Below are positions 25,066 to 33,670 of a DNA stretch of 46,002 nucleotides, piece by piece. The DNA is from an uncultured Oligoflexia bacterium (GTDB lineage Bacteria; Bdellovibrionota; Bacteriovoracia; Bacteriovoracales; Bacteriovoracaceae). Both the position numbers and the translations under genes were made by a program. The stretch's first letter is position 1, and each line of letters begins with the position of its first letter. The notes below the pieces were generated by a model, which was given only the letters and a program-made list of their open reading frames with translations, ran no database searches and was not told where the DNA came from. The DNA is taken from assembly GCA_937898585.1 (NCBI GenBank), contig CALDHR010000269.1, positions 1 to 46,002 on the forward strand. Direction: 5' to 3'.

Positions 25066-25380
25066 TTAGTAGCGATTACCGCGTCCACCGCCGTAACCAC
25101 CGCCGCCGCCGAAGCTGCCACGACTTTTAGATTCCATTGGCTTTGCTTCGTTCACTTTCATCGCGCGACCGTCAAGGTCTTGTCCATCAAATTTCTCGAT
25201 GGCGCGTTGAGCTTCGTCATCAGATGACATTTCAACAAAACCAAAGCCTTTGCTTCGTCCTGTATCTCTATCAGTGATTAACTTAGCAGAATCAACTGTT
25301 CCACATTGTGAAAATGTGTCAACAAGTTGCTCTTCTGTGGCGGAAAAGGGAAGGTTCCCTACATACAATTTCTTACCCAT
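25066..25380 (-). CDS. RRM (RNP-1) type RNA-binding protein with a Gly-rich C-terminal tail
   Basis: MGKKLYVGNLPFSATEEQL (RNP2) ... KGFGFVEM (RNP1) ... SFGGGGGYGGGRGNRY. The internal ATG at 25380 is preceded by GAGAGGAGAAATCCAA. The track start at 25416 lacks an RBS. Confidence 0.9.
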   Translation of the reverse strand: MGKKLYVGNLPFSATEEQLVDTFSQCGTVDSAKLITDRDTGRSKGFGFVEMSSDDEAQRAIEKFDGQDLDGRAMKVNEAKPMESKSRGSFGGGGGYGGGRGNRY

Positions 25381-25492
25381 TTGGATTTCTCCTCTCTTTT
25401 TTTGAAGTTTCAGCACTACACGCTCTCAAGAGAAGTTCGACAGAAAACCTGGGAAAAATCTCGGAACAGTTGCTAAAATTAGTACAGACCCC

Positions 25493-25521
25493 TATATAGC
25501 ACTTTAATTTTTTCATTGCAA
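25493..25521 (-). promoter_or_regulatory. Strong candidate promoter of the RRM-protein gene (TTGCAA-17-TGcTATATA)
   Basis: The minus strand reads TTGCAA tgaaaaaattaaagTGc TATATA. The -35 is at 25516-25521 and the -10 at 25493-25498, with exactly 17 nt between them and an extended -10 TG. This implies a ~105-nt 5' UTR. Confidence 0.5.
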
Positions 25522-25541
25522 CAAAAATAAAAAAAATAATT

Positions 25542-26630
25542 TTACAGGGAAAGATTTTTTGAGACTTCCACAATATTATCCCCCTCAAAATTTTTAGTAT
25601 GAGCGGAAGCTGCCATCTTGGAGGCCTCAAGCCTTTGGGCCATTTCACTCATGGTTCCAAAAAAAGGTAAAGATTTTCCCTTTAATTCCAATAAGTTACT
25701 CATTTCATGAGAATCAAGAATCTCAATTAATTCTCTTTTCAGTTTCTCAATAATCTTAAAACCATCCAACATGATACTGGTACAAACCTGTAAAGTTGTG
25801 GCCCCCATACACATAAATTCTGCTGCCGAATGACCATCCACAATTCCTCCTACCCCACTTATGGGGCAATCTTTAAAGCTCATAGACAACTCTCCCACCA
25901 TTCGAAGAGCAATAGGACGGACAGCTTTATAGGAATAACCGCCAAAGGCCGAAAGTCCTTTTACATTAGGATTGGGTCTAAAAGTCTTCATATCTATATT
26001 AGAAAGAGAGAGAATCGTATTAATGGCCACAATTCCATCGGCCCCACCCGTCAGTGCCGACTGAGCGGGAACGCAAATATCTGTAATATTAGGAGTCATT
26101 TTCGCCCATACAGGAACATTCCCTGCGGCATCCTTCACCCAGCGAGTAACTTCTTCAACTATTTCAGGGCACTGACCCATGGCCCCTCCCATTTTCATTT
26201 CGGGCATTCCGTGAGGACAAGAAAAATTGAGCTCAATAATATCGGCCCCTGCCTTTACCACTTTGTCCGTTAACTCTTGCCAACGCTCTTTAACAGGACT
26301 CTCCATTATAGAGGCCACCACTACTTTTTGCGGATAGTTTTTTTTCAAATCGCGAATAAACTGCAGCCAATCATCACAGGGAATATCAGAGATCAATTCA
26401 TTATTCGTAAAACCGATGCATTTGCCATCTTCGTTGAGTTTCGCGTAGCGAGGCGCTATGTTTTTAATTTTTGTATGATCAAGGGAAAAAGTTTTTAGAA
26501 CTGATCCGCCCCACCCAGCTTCAAAAGAACGGGCCACAATTTTCCCATTAGTGGAAGGAGGGCCTGAACCTACAAGAAAAGGATTTTCGAAACGAACGCC
26601 ATTGGAATAGATTTCTAATTTATTATTCAT
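25542..26630 (-). CDS. Dihydropyrimidine-dehydrogenase (PreA)-like / class-1 dihydroorotate-dehydrogenase-family flavoenzyme, without the C-terminal ferredoxin domain
   Basis: FENPFLVGSGPPSTNG, IELNFSCPHGMPE..MGGAMGQ, PVWAKMTPNITDI, GADGIVAINT are DHO_dh/DPD domain blocks. 362 aa with no Cys clusters at the C-terminus. Confidence 0.8.
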   Translation of the reverse strand: MNNKLEIYSNGVRFENPFLVGSGPPSTNGKIVARSFEAGWGGSVLKTFSLDHTKIKNIAPRYAKLNEDGKCIGFTNNELISDIPCDDWLQFIRDLKKNYPQKVVVASIMESPVKERWQELTDKVVKAGADIIELNFSCPHGMPEMKMGGAMGQCPEIVEEVTRWVKDAAGNVPVWAKMTPNITDICVPAQSALTGGADGIVAINTILSLSNIDMKTFRPNPNVKGLSAFGGYSYKAVRPIALRMVGELSMSFKDCPISGVGGIVDGHSAAEFMCMGATTLQVCTSIMLDGFKIIEKLKRELIEILDSHEMSNLLELKGKSLPFFGTMSEMAQRLEASKMAASAHTKNFEGDNIVEVSKNLSL

Positions 26631-26667
26631 GAACTTATAATTTCATGAAGAAAAGAGAAAGTAAAAG

Positions 26668-28254
26668 TTATTCAATCCCCATAAATTCATCATAGCTGCA
26701 TTCTTTATCTATATACTCATCGCCGTTAAGAGAAATAATCCTATTGGCAATTGTTTGAACAAACTCATGATCATGAGAAGTAAAAAGAAGCGTTCCCTTA
26801 AATTCCACTAACCCCTCATTAAGAGATGTAATACTTTCAAGGTCTAAATGATTGGTGGGATTATCTAAGATAAGAACATTGGCCGCCGACAACATACTTT
26901 TTGCCAGCATACAGCGAACTTTCTCTCCTCCTGACAAGACATTACACTTTTTAAAAGGCTCTTCTCCTGAAAAAAGCATTCGGCCCAAAAAACCTCTTAC
27001 AAAACTCTCTGTCTGATCTTTAGAATATTGTCTCAGCCAATCAACAAGGTTGAGTTCCTCATTAGAAAAGTATTCTGTATTGTCGGAAGGAATATATGTT
27101 CTTGACGTTGTCACGCCCCATTCAATTTTTCCTTCATCTGGTTCAATCTCACCGGCCAAAATCTTTAAAATGGCCGTCACGGCAAGCTCTGAGCTGGAAA
27201 TAAAAAGAACTTTTTGTCCCTTCTCAATCGTAAAACTCAATTTTTTAAAAAGACTCTCGCCTTCTACAGAATAGGACAAATTCTCGACACGAACCAGTTG
27301 ATCTCCGGCCTCACGCTCTGGTTTAAAATTCACATAAGGGTATTTCCGCATAGAGGGACCAATATCGTCGAGAGATATTTTTTCTAGTAGCTTTCTGCGA
27401 GAAGTGGCCTGCTTTGATTTAGAAGCATTGGCCGAAAAGCGAGAGATAAAGTCTTTAAGCTCTTTAATCCTCTCTTCTTTCTTTTTATTTTGATCTGACA
27501 TCATTCGCTGAGCAAGCTGACTAGATTTATACCAAAAATCATAATTTCCTGTATGAATTTTAATTTGCTGGTAATCAATATCACAAATATGAGTACAGAC
27601 TTTATTGAGAAAATGGCGATCATGGGAGACCACTATAACGACAGAGTCTTCTTGATCCATAATAAAATTCTCAAGCCAATTAATGGCCTTAAGATCTAAG
27701 TCGTTGGTAGGCTCATCGAGAAGTAAAATTTCGGGTTTTCCAAAAAGGGCCTGGGCCAAAAGAACTTTAACTTTTTCCCCACCAGTGAGCTCTTTCATTT
27801 TTTTATCTTGAAGAGATGTCTCTAGCCCAAGACCAGAAAGCAGAATTCCTGCTTCGGCCTCGGCCTCCCAACCATTGAGTTCTAAAAAGCGTGATTCAAG
27901 TTCGGCAAGCTTCTCCCCTTCTTCATTACTCATATTTTCTACAGCGTAGAGTCTCTCTTTTTCTTCCATGATACTTACGAGCTCTTTGTGACCAAGTAGA
28001 ACTGTTTTGAGAACGTCTATATCTTCATGAGCATAGTGATCTTGGCGCAAAACGGCCACACGTTCACCAGGAGTGATTTCCACATTGCCAGAAGAAGGAC
28101 TTAAATCTCCACTGAGGATTTTCACAAAAGTAGATTTACCTGCTCCATTAGCACCAATAACGCCATAGCAGTTACCCTTCATGAATTTCACTTGAACATC
28201 TTTAAAAAGAGTTCGCCCTCCAAATTGAAGACTTAAATCTCTCACAATAATCAT
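26668..28254 (-). CDS. ABC-F family ATPase (YbiT-like; two ABC domains, no TM domain)
   Basis: MIIVRDLSLQFGGRTLFKDVQVKFMKGNCYGVIGANGAGKSTFVKILSGDL closely parallels E. coli YbiT. Two Walker A/signature sets (LTGGEKVKV, LSGGEKVRC). 528 aa. Confidence 0.9.
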   Translation of the reverse strand: MIIVRDLSLQFGGRTLFKDVQVKFMKGNCYGVIGANGAGKSTFVKILSGDLSPSSGNVEITPGERVAVLRQDHYAHEDIDVLKTVLLGHKELVSIMEEKERLYAVENMSNEEGEKLAELESRFLELNGWEAEAEAGILLSGLGLETSLQDKKMKELTGGEKVKVLLAQALFGKPEILLLDEPTNDLDLKAINWLENFIMDQEDSVVIVVSHDRHFLNKVCTHICDIDYQQIKIHTGNYDFWYKSSQLAQRMMSDQNKKKEERIKELKDFISRFSANASKSKQATSRRKLLEKISLDDIGPSMRKYPYVNFKPEREAGDQLVRVENLSYSVEGESLFKKLSFTIEKGQKVLFISSSELAVTAILKILAGEIEPDEGKIEWGVTTSRTYIPSDNTEYFSNEELNLVDWLRQYSKDQTESFVRGFLGRMLFSGEEPFKKCNVLSGGEKVRCMLAKSMLSAANVLILDNPTNHLDLESITSLNEGLVEFKGTLLFTSHDHEFVQTIANRIISLNGDEYIDKECSYDEFMGIE

Positions 28255-28313
28255 TATTTTTTCCTATTTATATGATAATTCTTTTCAAACCAAACAACTT
28301 CAAGAGTCAAAAA

Positions 28314-28727
28314 ATGAAATTTTTCTTCTTGTTCTTTTTATTCTCTCCCTTAGCTCAGGCGCGCAGCTCCCTCATTTTAGGAAATGCCTCTCTAGAGCAA
28401 AGGATTTTTTCAAAAATAGACGAAGATACATGCCTACACAATCTCTATCAAGAAGGCAATTCTTTTCGCTGTATCACACATACAACACAGCTTAAAGATT
28501 ATGAAATTATCTATAAGGGTGATTTAAATCATCAAGCTGATTTTTATATCAATAATTTCTTTTGTCACATTCAATTAGAAATCAATGCTGAGTTTGGCGA
28601 AGAACATTTTTCTTTTTCTGCTTCCAGGGGAGATGAAGTAATGACATACTCTATGGCACGAGATTGTATTGAGTTTTTCTCACATCTTTCTTTACAAAAA
28701 ACTTATTATGTCCTCACCATTGAGTAA
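28314..28727 (+). CDS. Small secreted protein, unknown function
   Basis: MKFFFLFFLFSPLAQA signal peptide from the internal ATG at 28314. The track start at 28272 is also possible. 4 Cys in the mature part. No family recognised. Confidence 0.55.
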   Translation: MKFFFLFFLFSPLAQARSSLILGNASLEQRIFSKIDEDTCLHNLYQEGNSFRCITHTTQLKDYEIIYKGDLNHQADFYINNFFCHIQLEINAEFGEEHFSFSASRGDEVMTYSMARDCIEFFSHLSLQKTYYVLTIE

Positions 28728-28739
28728 AAAGAATTAATC

Positions 28740-29321
28740 ATGACTATCTTAGAACAAGTACAAAAGAGATCTCAATTAAAGTGTGAACTTTGTTTTTCTC
28801 CCGACGAATTAGATTTATTTAATGTCATGCCTGAAGAAAAAGAAAATACAGAAAACAGCACTCTCCTCTGTAATACCTGTCGCGGTGCTCTTAATCATAA
28901 CAATATTGAAGATAATGCTCACTGGAATTGCCTCGAACAAAGTATGTGGAGTGAGCACGACAGTGTTAAGATTCTCATTTTTCGCCTTCTCTCTCATCTT
29001 CAGCATCAAAGTTGGGCCAAAGAACTCTTGGATCAGCTTTATCTTGAAGAACATCTTATAAACAAAGCAAAGGCCGTCTCTTTTAAAAGTAAAGATTCAA
29101 AATCTCTTACAAAAGATAGCAATGGCACCATTTTACATGATGGCGACACCGTTACATTAATTAAAGATCTCGTTGTCAAAGGGGCCAACTTTACTGCCAA
29201 GCGAGGAACAACTGTTAAAAAAATTTCCCTAACAGATAATTCTGAACAAATTGAAGGACGTATTAATGGCACACGCATTGTTTTACTTACTTGTTACCTT
29301 AAAAAGATTCTAATATCTTAA
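28740..29321 (+). CDS. phnA: PhnA/YjdM-family protein, long form with N-terminal Zn-ribbon region
   Basis: C-terminus DSNGTILHDGDTVTLIKDLVVKGANFTAKRGTTVKKISLTDNSEQIEGRINGTRIVLLTCYLKK parallels E. coli PhnA. The N-terminus has CELC...CNTC and HWNCLEQSMWSE, typical of the long form. Confidence 0.8.
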   Translation: MTILEQVQKRSQLKCELCFSPDELDLFNVMPEEKENTENSTLLCNTCRGALNHNNIEDNAHWNCLEQSMWSEHDSVKILIFRLLSHLQHQSWAKELLDQLYLEEHLINKAKAVSFKSKDSKSLTKDSNGTILHDGDTVTLIKDLVVKGANFTAKRGTTVKKISLTDNSEQIEGRINGTRIVLLTCYLKKILIS

Positions 29322-29994
29322 GAAGTGAATCTTGTAGCCTCTTGCTTGCATGTGAAAGATTTCTCAGAAATTCTTCTTTGCTACAATCATTTGAATCAAT
29401 AAAATCAGTAATAGATTTTACCGCTAAAAAAGGAACTTTGTTTTGCTCACAAACATAAGCAATGCTGGCCGCCTCCATCTCTTTTGCATCAGTTTGAAGA
29501 TCCTGCATTACCCTTAAATCTTCTTCATTATTATCAAAAGAGTCGCCTGATGTGATTTGTCCTCTTTTTAAATTTAAATCTTGGGCCATCTTCTCTGTAT
29601 TAATAGAGGGAGATCCACCTTTCGCAAATTCTTGAAATCCAGGAAGAGAGATGCGGCGATCATGAAAATAAATTACTTCCGTCGAGAGATAAACATCGCC
29701 AATGCGACTTTTCTTTTTAAACCCACCTGCTGTTCCAGCATTAATAATTAAATCTAGTGGAAAAGAAGAAATGAGATGCTGAGCATTGAGGGCCGCGGGG
29801 ACTGTTCCAATTCTATCGACATTATTTTTAGTACATTTTCCATTGAGGCCGATAATGATTTCTTTATCTTTCAAAAGACCCCTGTAAATCTCGTAAGGCC
29901 CTGGAGATTCAATTCTCTTTAAATGAAGAAGATCAAGAAGAGGTCTGGCCTCTTCTTTCATGGCAAAAATAATTCCAATTTTTTTATAATTCAT
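29299..29994 (-). CDS. PNP_UDP_1 superfamily nucleosidase (MTA/SAH-nucleosidase-like)
   Basis: IGIIFAMKEEARPL (catalytic Glu region), IINAGTAGGF, EMEAASIAYVC and VKSITDFID (ISD-type Asp block). Confidence 0.72.
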   Translation of the reverse strand: MNYKKIGIIFAMKEEARPLLDLLHLKRIESPGPYEIYRGLLKDKEIIIGLNGKCTKNNVDRIGTVPAALNAQHLISSFPLDLIINAGTAGGFKKKSRIGDVYLSTEVIYFHDRRISLPGFQEFAKGGSPSINTEKMAQDLNLKRGQITSGDSFDNNEEDLRVMQDLQTDAKEMEAASIAYVCEQNKVPFLAVKSITDFIDSNDCSKEEFLRNLSHASKRLQDSLLKILESF

Positions 29995-30103
29995 GGAGAG
30001 ATTCTATAAATCACTTCATGGTGAATTCAAAGAAATTTTTATTGAGAGAAAGCACCATCTCCTATCGCCTCAGGATCTGGTGCTCGATTCTCTAAACTCT
30101 AAT

Positions 30104-30838
30104 TTATTTTTTTCCACGTTTTTTCATCACAATAAACCCCACCACCGCTAAAGCAGCAACAAGACCAATGATGAGAAGATTATCAGATCCACCGCCAGAA
30201 GATCTTCCTTTTGTCTGGACATTAGCAGCACCTCCGCTCATGCCATCGACTCCTGGAACCATGGAATTATCAAAAATATCATCCGTTTTTCCTTTCAACT
30301 TAAAATCGGCAAGCTGAACGGCCTTCTTGCGAAACACTCTCATGGTCTCAATGACTTTATCAAAGACTTCTTGGTAAGAAGTATAGTGCTCTTTTGAAAC
30401 GGAGAAAGTCACGGCCACACCCAGATCTTCTTTCACTGTTGCAAGATATCGTGTGTAAAAACCAGGAACCTCACTTGCTAGATGAAGTGAATCTACCCAA
30501 GGCGACTCGTTAATAACAACTTGCTTAGCATATTTGGGCTCAGAGACTTGAGATTTACCACCAGGTAGTTGATAGGTCTTACTGTTTTTCAAATAAGCAA
30601 GATATTCATCGAGCGAATCTTGCGGCCCTCTCATTTTGGCAACTAAAATAATAATGGCCTCTTTACGCCGACTCTCATTTTCACTTTGGCAAACCCACTC
30701 AGATCCTTCCAATGCACACTCCCACCCTGGAGGAAGCTCAAACTCTGTATACTCATTTTGAAAACGTTTGGCATAAAGGGAAACTGAGAGTAAAAAAGAA
30801 CTCAATATGACGACGAAATAATTCTTGACATTTTTCAT
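30104..30838 (-). CDS. Secreted protein with C-terminal TM anchor; possible PsbP/DcrB-like domain (tentative)
   Basis: Signal peptide MKNVKNYFVVILSSFLLSVSLYA from the ATG at 30838 (AAGGA 10 nt upstream). FELPPGWE start typical of DcrB/PsbP-like folds. Gly/Ser linker, then LLIIGLVAALAVVGFIVMKKRGKK. Confidence 0.6.
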   Translation of the reverse strand: MKNVKNYFVVILSSFLLSVSLYAKRFQNEYTEFELPPGWECALEGSEWVCQSENESRRKEAIIILVAKMRGPQDSLDEYLAYLKNSKTYQLPGGKSQVSEPKYAKQVVINESPWVDSLHLASEVPGFYTRYLATVKEDLGVAVTFSVSKEHYTSYQEVFDKVIETMRVFRKKAVQLADFKLKGKTDDIFDNSMVPGVDGMSGGAANVQTKGRSSGGGSDNLLIIGLVAALAVVGFIVMKKRGKK

Positions 30839-30938
30839 TAAACACATCCTTGTAAAATAGTAAAATCCGAAATAATTTATCTTAATTCTAACTTGAAAAA
30901 ATTGCTTTTGAAATTATTTTTTCCTCCGACAAAAAAAT

Positions 30939-31532
30939 ATGATGATAAAAACAATCCTATTCTTCATTCTTTTTATAAACAACATCTTTGCCTATGAAAA
31001 TGATCATGAGACTTTTCATAAAAAAGCATTAAGTCAACTACTACAACAAAATAAAATAATAACAGATGTAAAAGCTAGTGATTATAAAGAAGAAAAAAAA
31101 CAAGAGCTTACTATTTATACAACGGGACTCCATCCTAAAAGCTGCCTCTTCAGCAGTGCCCGTATTTCTCAATATGAATCTTACCCTCTCTTTGTAGACT
31201 ACATCAAAGAATCCTTCTATTCTTCTGAGAGTAAAAACTGGCATCTGTTGTTTGAGTCTCCCCTTATACCCGCTTCTTTTACTTTAGATTTCACCTTTCC
31301 TCGCCTTACTCAAACCTCTGAAAATATGACCTACCCTTTTCATTTTCCTACGGGTATTTTTAAAGATCTAAAAGGAACCGTCTCTCTCGAAGAAATCCAT
31401 GGCCGATGCCGTTATACCGTTCGTGCTTATTGGAAAGGGGAAAAAACATTTATTTCTTCGCCTATGATGGAGTTTTTTATTGCGGCCGTTGCAGAAATTG
31501 GCATGAGAAAACTTTTTCAATTTTCAAAATAA
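30939..31532 (+). CDS. Secreted protein, possible SRPBCC/START-like fold (tentative)
   Basis: Signal peptide MMIKTILFFILFINNIFA. ISQYESYPLFVDYIKES resembles the Y..yp.f.P block of Polyketide_cyc/RatA-type SRPBCC proteins. Confidence 0.5.
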   Translation: MMIKTILFFILFINNIFAYENDHETFHKKALSQLLQQNKIITDVKASDYKEEKKQELTIYTTGLHPKSCLFSSARISQYESYPLFVDYIKESFYSSESKNWHLLFESPLIPASFTLDFTFPRLTQTSENMTYPFHFPTGIFKDLKGTVSLEEIHGRCRYTVRAYWKGEKTFISSPMMEFFIAAVAEIGMRKLFQFSK

Positions 31533-31885
31533 ATTTTTTCCAACTCTAATTGATAAAAATGCCGGCACACACCTCCTTTAATAGGATGATCAATAAGATA
31601 TTGCTGTTTTGCGCTACATTCCTTAAAAGATGAAAAATCTTCAATTGGCATACAATCGGGAAGTGATTGGCGCCGCACGAGCGACTCTTTTAATAAAAAA
31701 GCACACTTCTTACTATTTTCGTCTGACGCACACACATAGTGTAAATCTTGACAGTCATAGACAAGATGCGCCCCTTCTCTATACTTTGAAGAAAGACGCT
31801 CTTGATTTACTTCCTCCTTCGCTCTAATAGTAAAAGAGAAAGTGCTTGTAACGATAAGAATTATGCTTAAGCAAGGAAAACTCAT
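31517..31885 (-). CDS. Small secreted Cys-containing protein, unknown function
   Basis: [22 protein letters not shown] signal-like N-terminus and 7 Cys in the mature part. AAGGGG about 10 nt upstream of the ATG. The start codon is 1 nt from the divergent argS ATG. Confidence 0.5.
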   Translation of the reverse strand: MSFPCLSIILIVTSTFSFTIRAKEEVNQERLSSKYREGAHLVYDCQDLHYVCASDENSKKCAFLLKESLVRRQSLPDCMPIEDFSSFKECSAKQQYLIDHPIKGGVCRHFYQLELEKIYFEN

Positions 31886-31886
31886 T

Positions 31887-33670
31887 ATGACTACCCCTTT
31901 TGGTCAATATCATCCCCTAAAATGTGAACTATCTCTCTATCTCTATAAAATTATTTTATCCTTTACTTCAGAAGAAGTATTAACTCAGGAGAATATTTTC
32001 CTTCTCTTTACCGCACCACCAAAAAGTGAAATGGGTGACTTTGCCTTTCCTTGCTTTCAGCTTAGCAAAACTCTTAAAAAGTCACCGGCACAAATAGCTC
32101 AAGAACTACGCCCTTTGGTTGAAGAAAATCCAATAACCTCATCTCCTCTGTAAGAAATGATGGCCCTTATTTAAATTTTAGGCTCAAAGAAGATCGCCTG
32201 GCCTGCTTAATTATTGAAGAGATAACCAGCGGCGTTTTCTTCAAAAAATCCTTCCATCTTCCTCTTGAAAATACCATGGTGGAATTCTCTCAACCCAACA
32301 CCCATAAAGAAATTCATGTAGGCCATATGCGTAATCTCGCGCTAGGACAATCCCTCGCAAAACTCTTAAAAAAGATTGGTCATGAAGTTCATAGTGTCAC
32401 TTATCCGGGTGACGTTGGAACCCATGTGGCCAAGTGCCTCTGGTATCTTAAAAATAAGGCCTCTGTTAGCATGGAAGAATTGAGCAAAAAGGCCAATAGA
32501 GGAGAGATCTTAGGAGAATTATATACAAAGGCCCATCAGCTTTTAGAAGAAGAGCGCGGCGGTGAAAAAGAAGAAAAAAATCGACAAGAACTTACTTTTA
32601 TTTTGCAAGAGATAGCGAAGGGAAGCGGTGAATACTTTGATCTTTGGAGAGAGACAAGGCAGTGGTCAATTCAATTAATGGAGAATCTCTACTCTTGGTC
32701 TCATGTCAATTTTGATTATTGGTATTTTGAATCAGAAATGGATGTTCCCTCTGTGGCCCGTATAAAAAAGCTCTATCAAGAAGGAAAGCTCACTCTCTCT
32801 GAAGGTGCTATTGGAATGGATTTGAGTGAAGATAAACTCGGCTTTTGTCTTCTCTTAAAGAGCGATGGCAATGGACTTTATTCCACTAAAGACGTGGAGT
32901 TGGCCATTCACAAATTTAAACAACTCAATATCGAAAAAAGTATTTATGTCGTGGATGTTCGTCAGTCCCTTCACTTCTCACAGGTCTTTAAAGTCCTAGA
33001 AAAACTTGGCCATCCTCAAGGAAAAAAATGCTTTCACCTTGCTTATGATTTTGTGGAATTACCCGAAGGGCCCATGAGTTCTCGTAAAGGAAATATTATT
33101 CCTATCAATAAACTTATTGATGAAATGATGAATCACATAAAAGAAAATTATCTTATAAGATATAAAGATGAATGGAGTCAAGAAGAAGTCAAGCAAACGG
33201 CCCACGACATCGCTCTTGGGGCCATTTTCTTTGGGATGCTGAGAATTGACCCTCAAAAGAAAATTGTCTTTGATATGAAAGAGTGGCTCAAGCTAGATGG
33301 AGAATCTGGCCCCTATCTTCAATATACTCACGCACGAGTTTGTTCTATGCTACAAAAAATTGGGCACAAAGAAACAAGAGAAGTGCAAAACAAACTCCTC
33401 ATTCATCCTGCTGAAAAAGAGCTCCTTCTTAAAATGAGTGAACTCAACGAAATTATTTTTACTGCTGCCACTCAATCGCGACCAAGTGCTCTTTGTAATT
33501 ATCTATATGATCTCTGCAAAGTTTTTAATCATTTTTATATGGAATGCCCTCTTATGAAGGCCGAGAGTGAAGATTTGAAGGAGGCCCGCGCGCATCTCGT
33601 CTTTTCTTTTAAAGAGGTTTTGGCCCATGCTCTAAATATTTTAGGAATTCCTGCCGTCAAGAGAATGTAG
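31887..33670 (+). pseudogene. argS: Arginine--tRNA ligase, interrupted by one single-base frameshift (probable 1-nt deletion between 32123 and 32153)
   Basis: The N-terminal additional domain is in frame 3 (..[31 protein letters not shown]..). Frame 2 then continues ..[22 protein letters not shown]...MVEFSQPNTHKEIHVGHMRN (HIGH) ... MSSRKG (KMSK-like) to the stop at 33670. 1784 nt + 1 = 595 codons. Start ambiguous (ATG 31887, ATG 31863 or GTG 31842). Confidence 0.9.

Noticed and set aside
25373-25648. 91-aa minus-strand ORF spanning the RRM-gene leader and promoter and the 3' end of the DPD-like gene
   Set aside because: It overlaps two well-supported genes and the predicted promoter. Its sequence is low-complexity. 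The region is better explained as a 5' UTR plus promoter.
25830-26273. 147-aa plus-strand ORF antisense to the DPD/DHOD-like gene
   Set aside because: It is a shadow ORF inside a well-supported gene, with Ser/Arg/His-rich composition and no RBS.
30051-30084. Imperfect hairpin (agcacca...tggtgct) between the 30104-30838 gene and the nucleosidase gene as a possible terminator
   Set aside because: The stem has internal mismatches, and the trailing tract on the minus strand is only TTTCTCTC. This is too weak to annotate as an intrinsic terminator.
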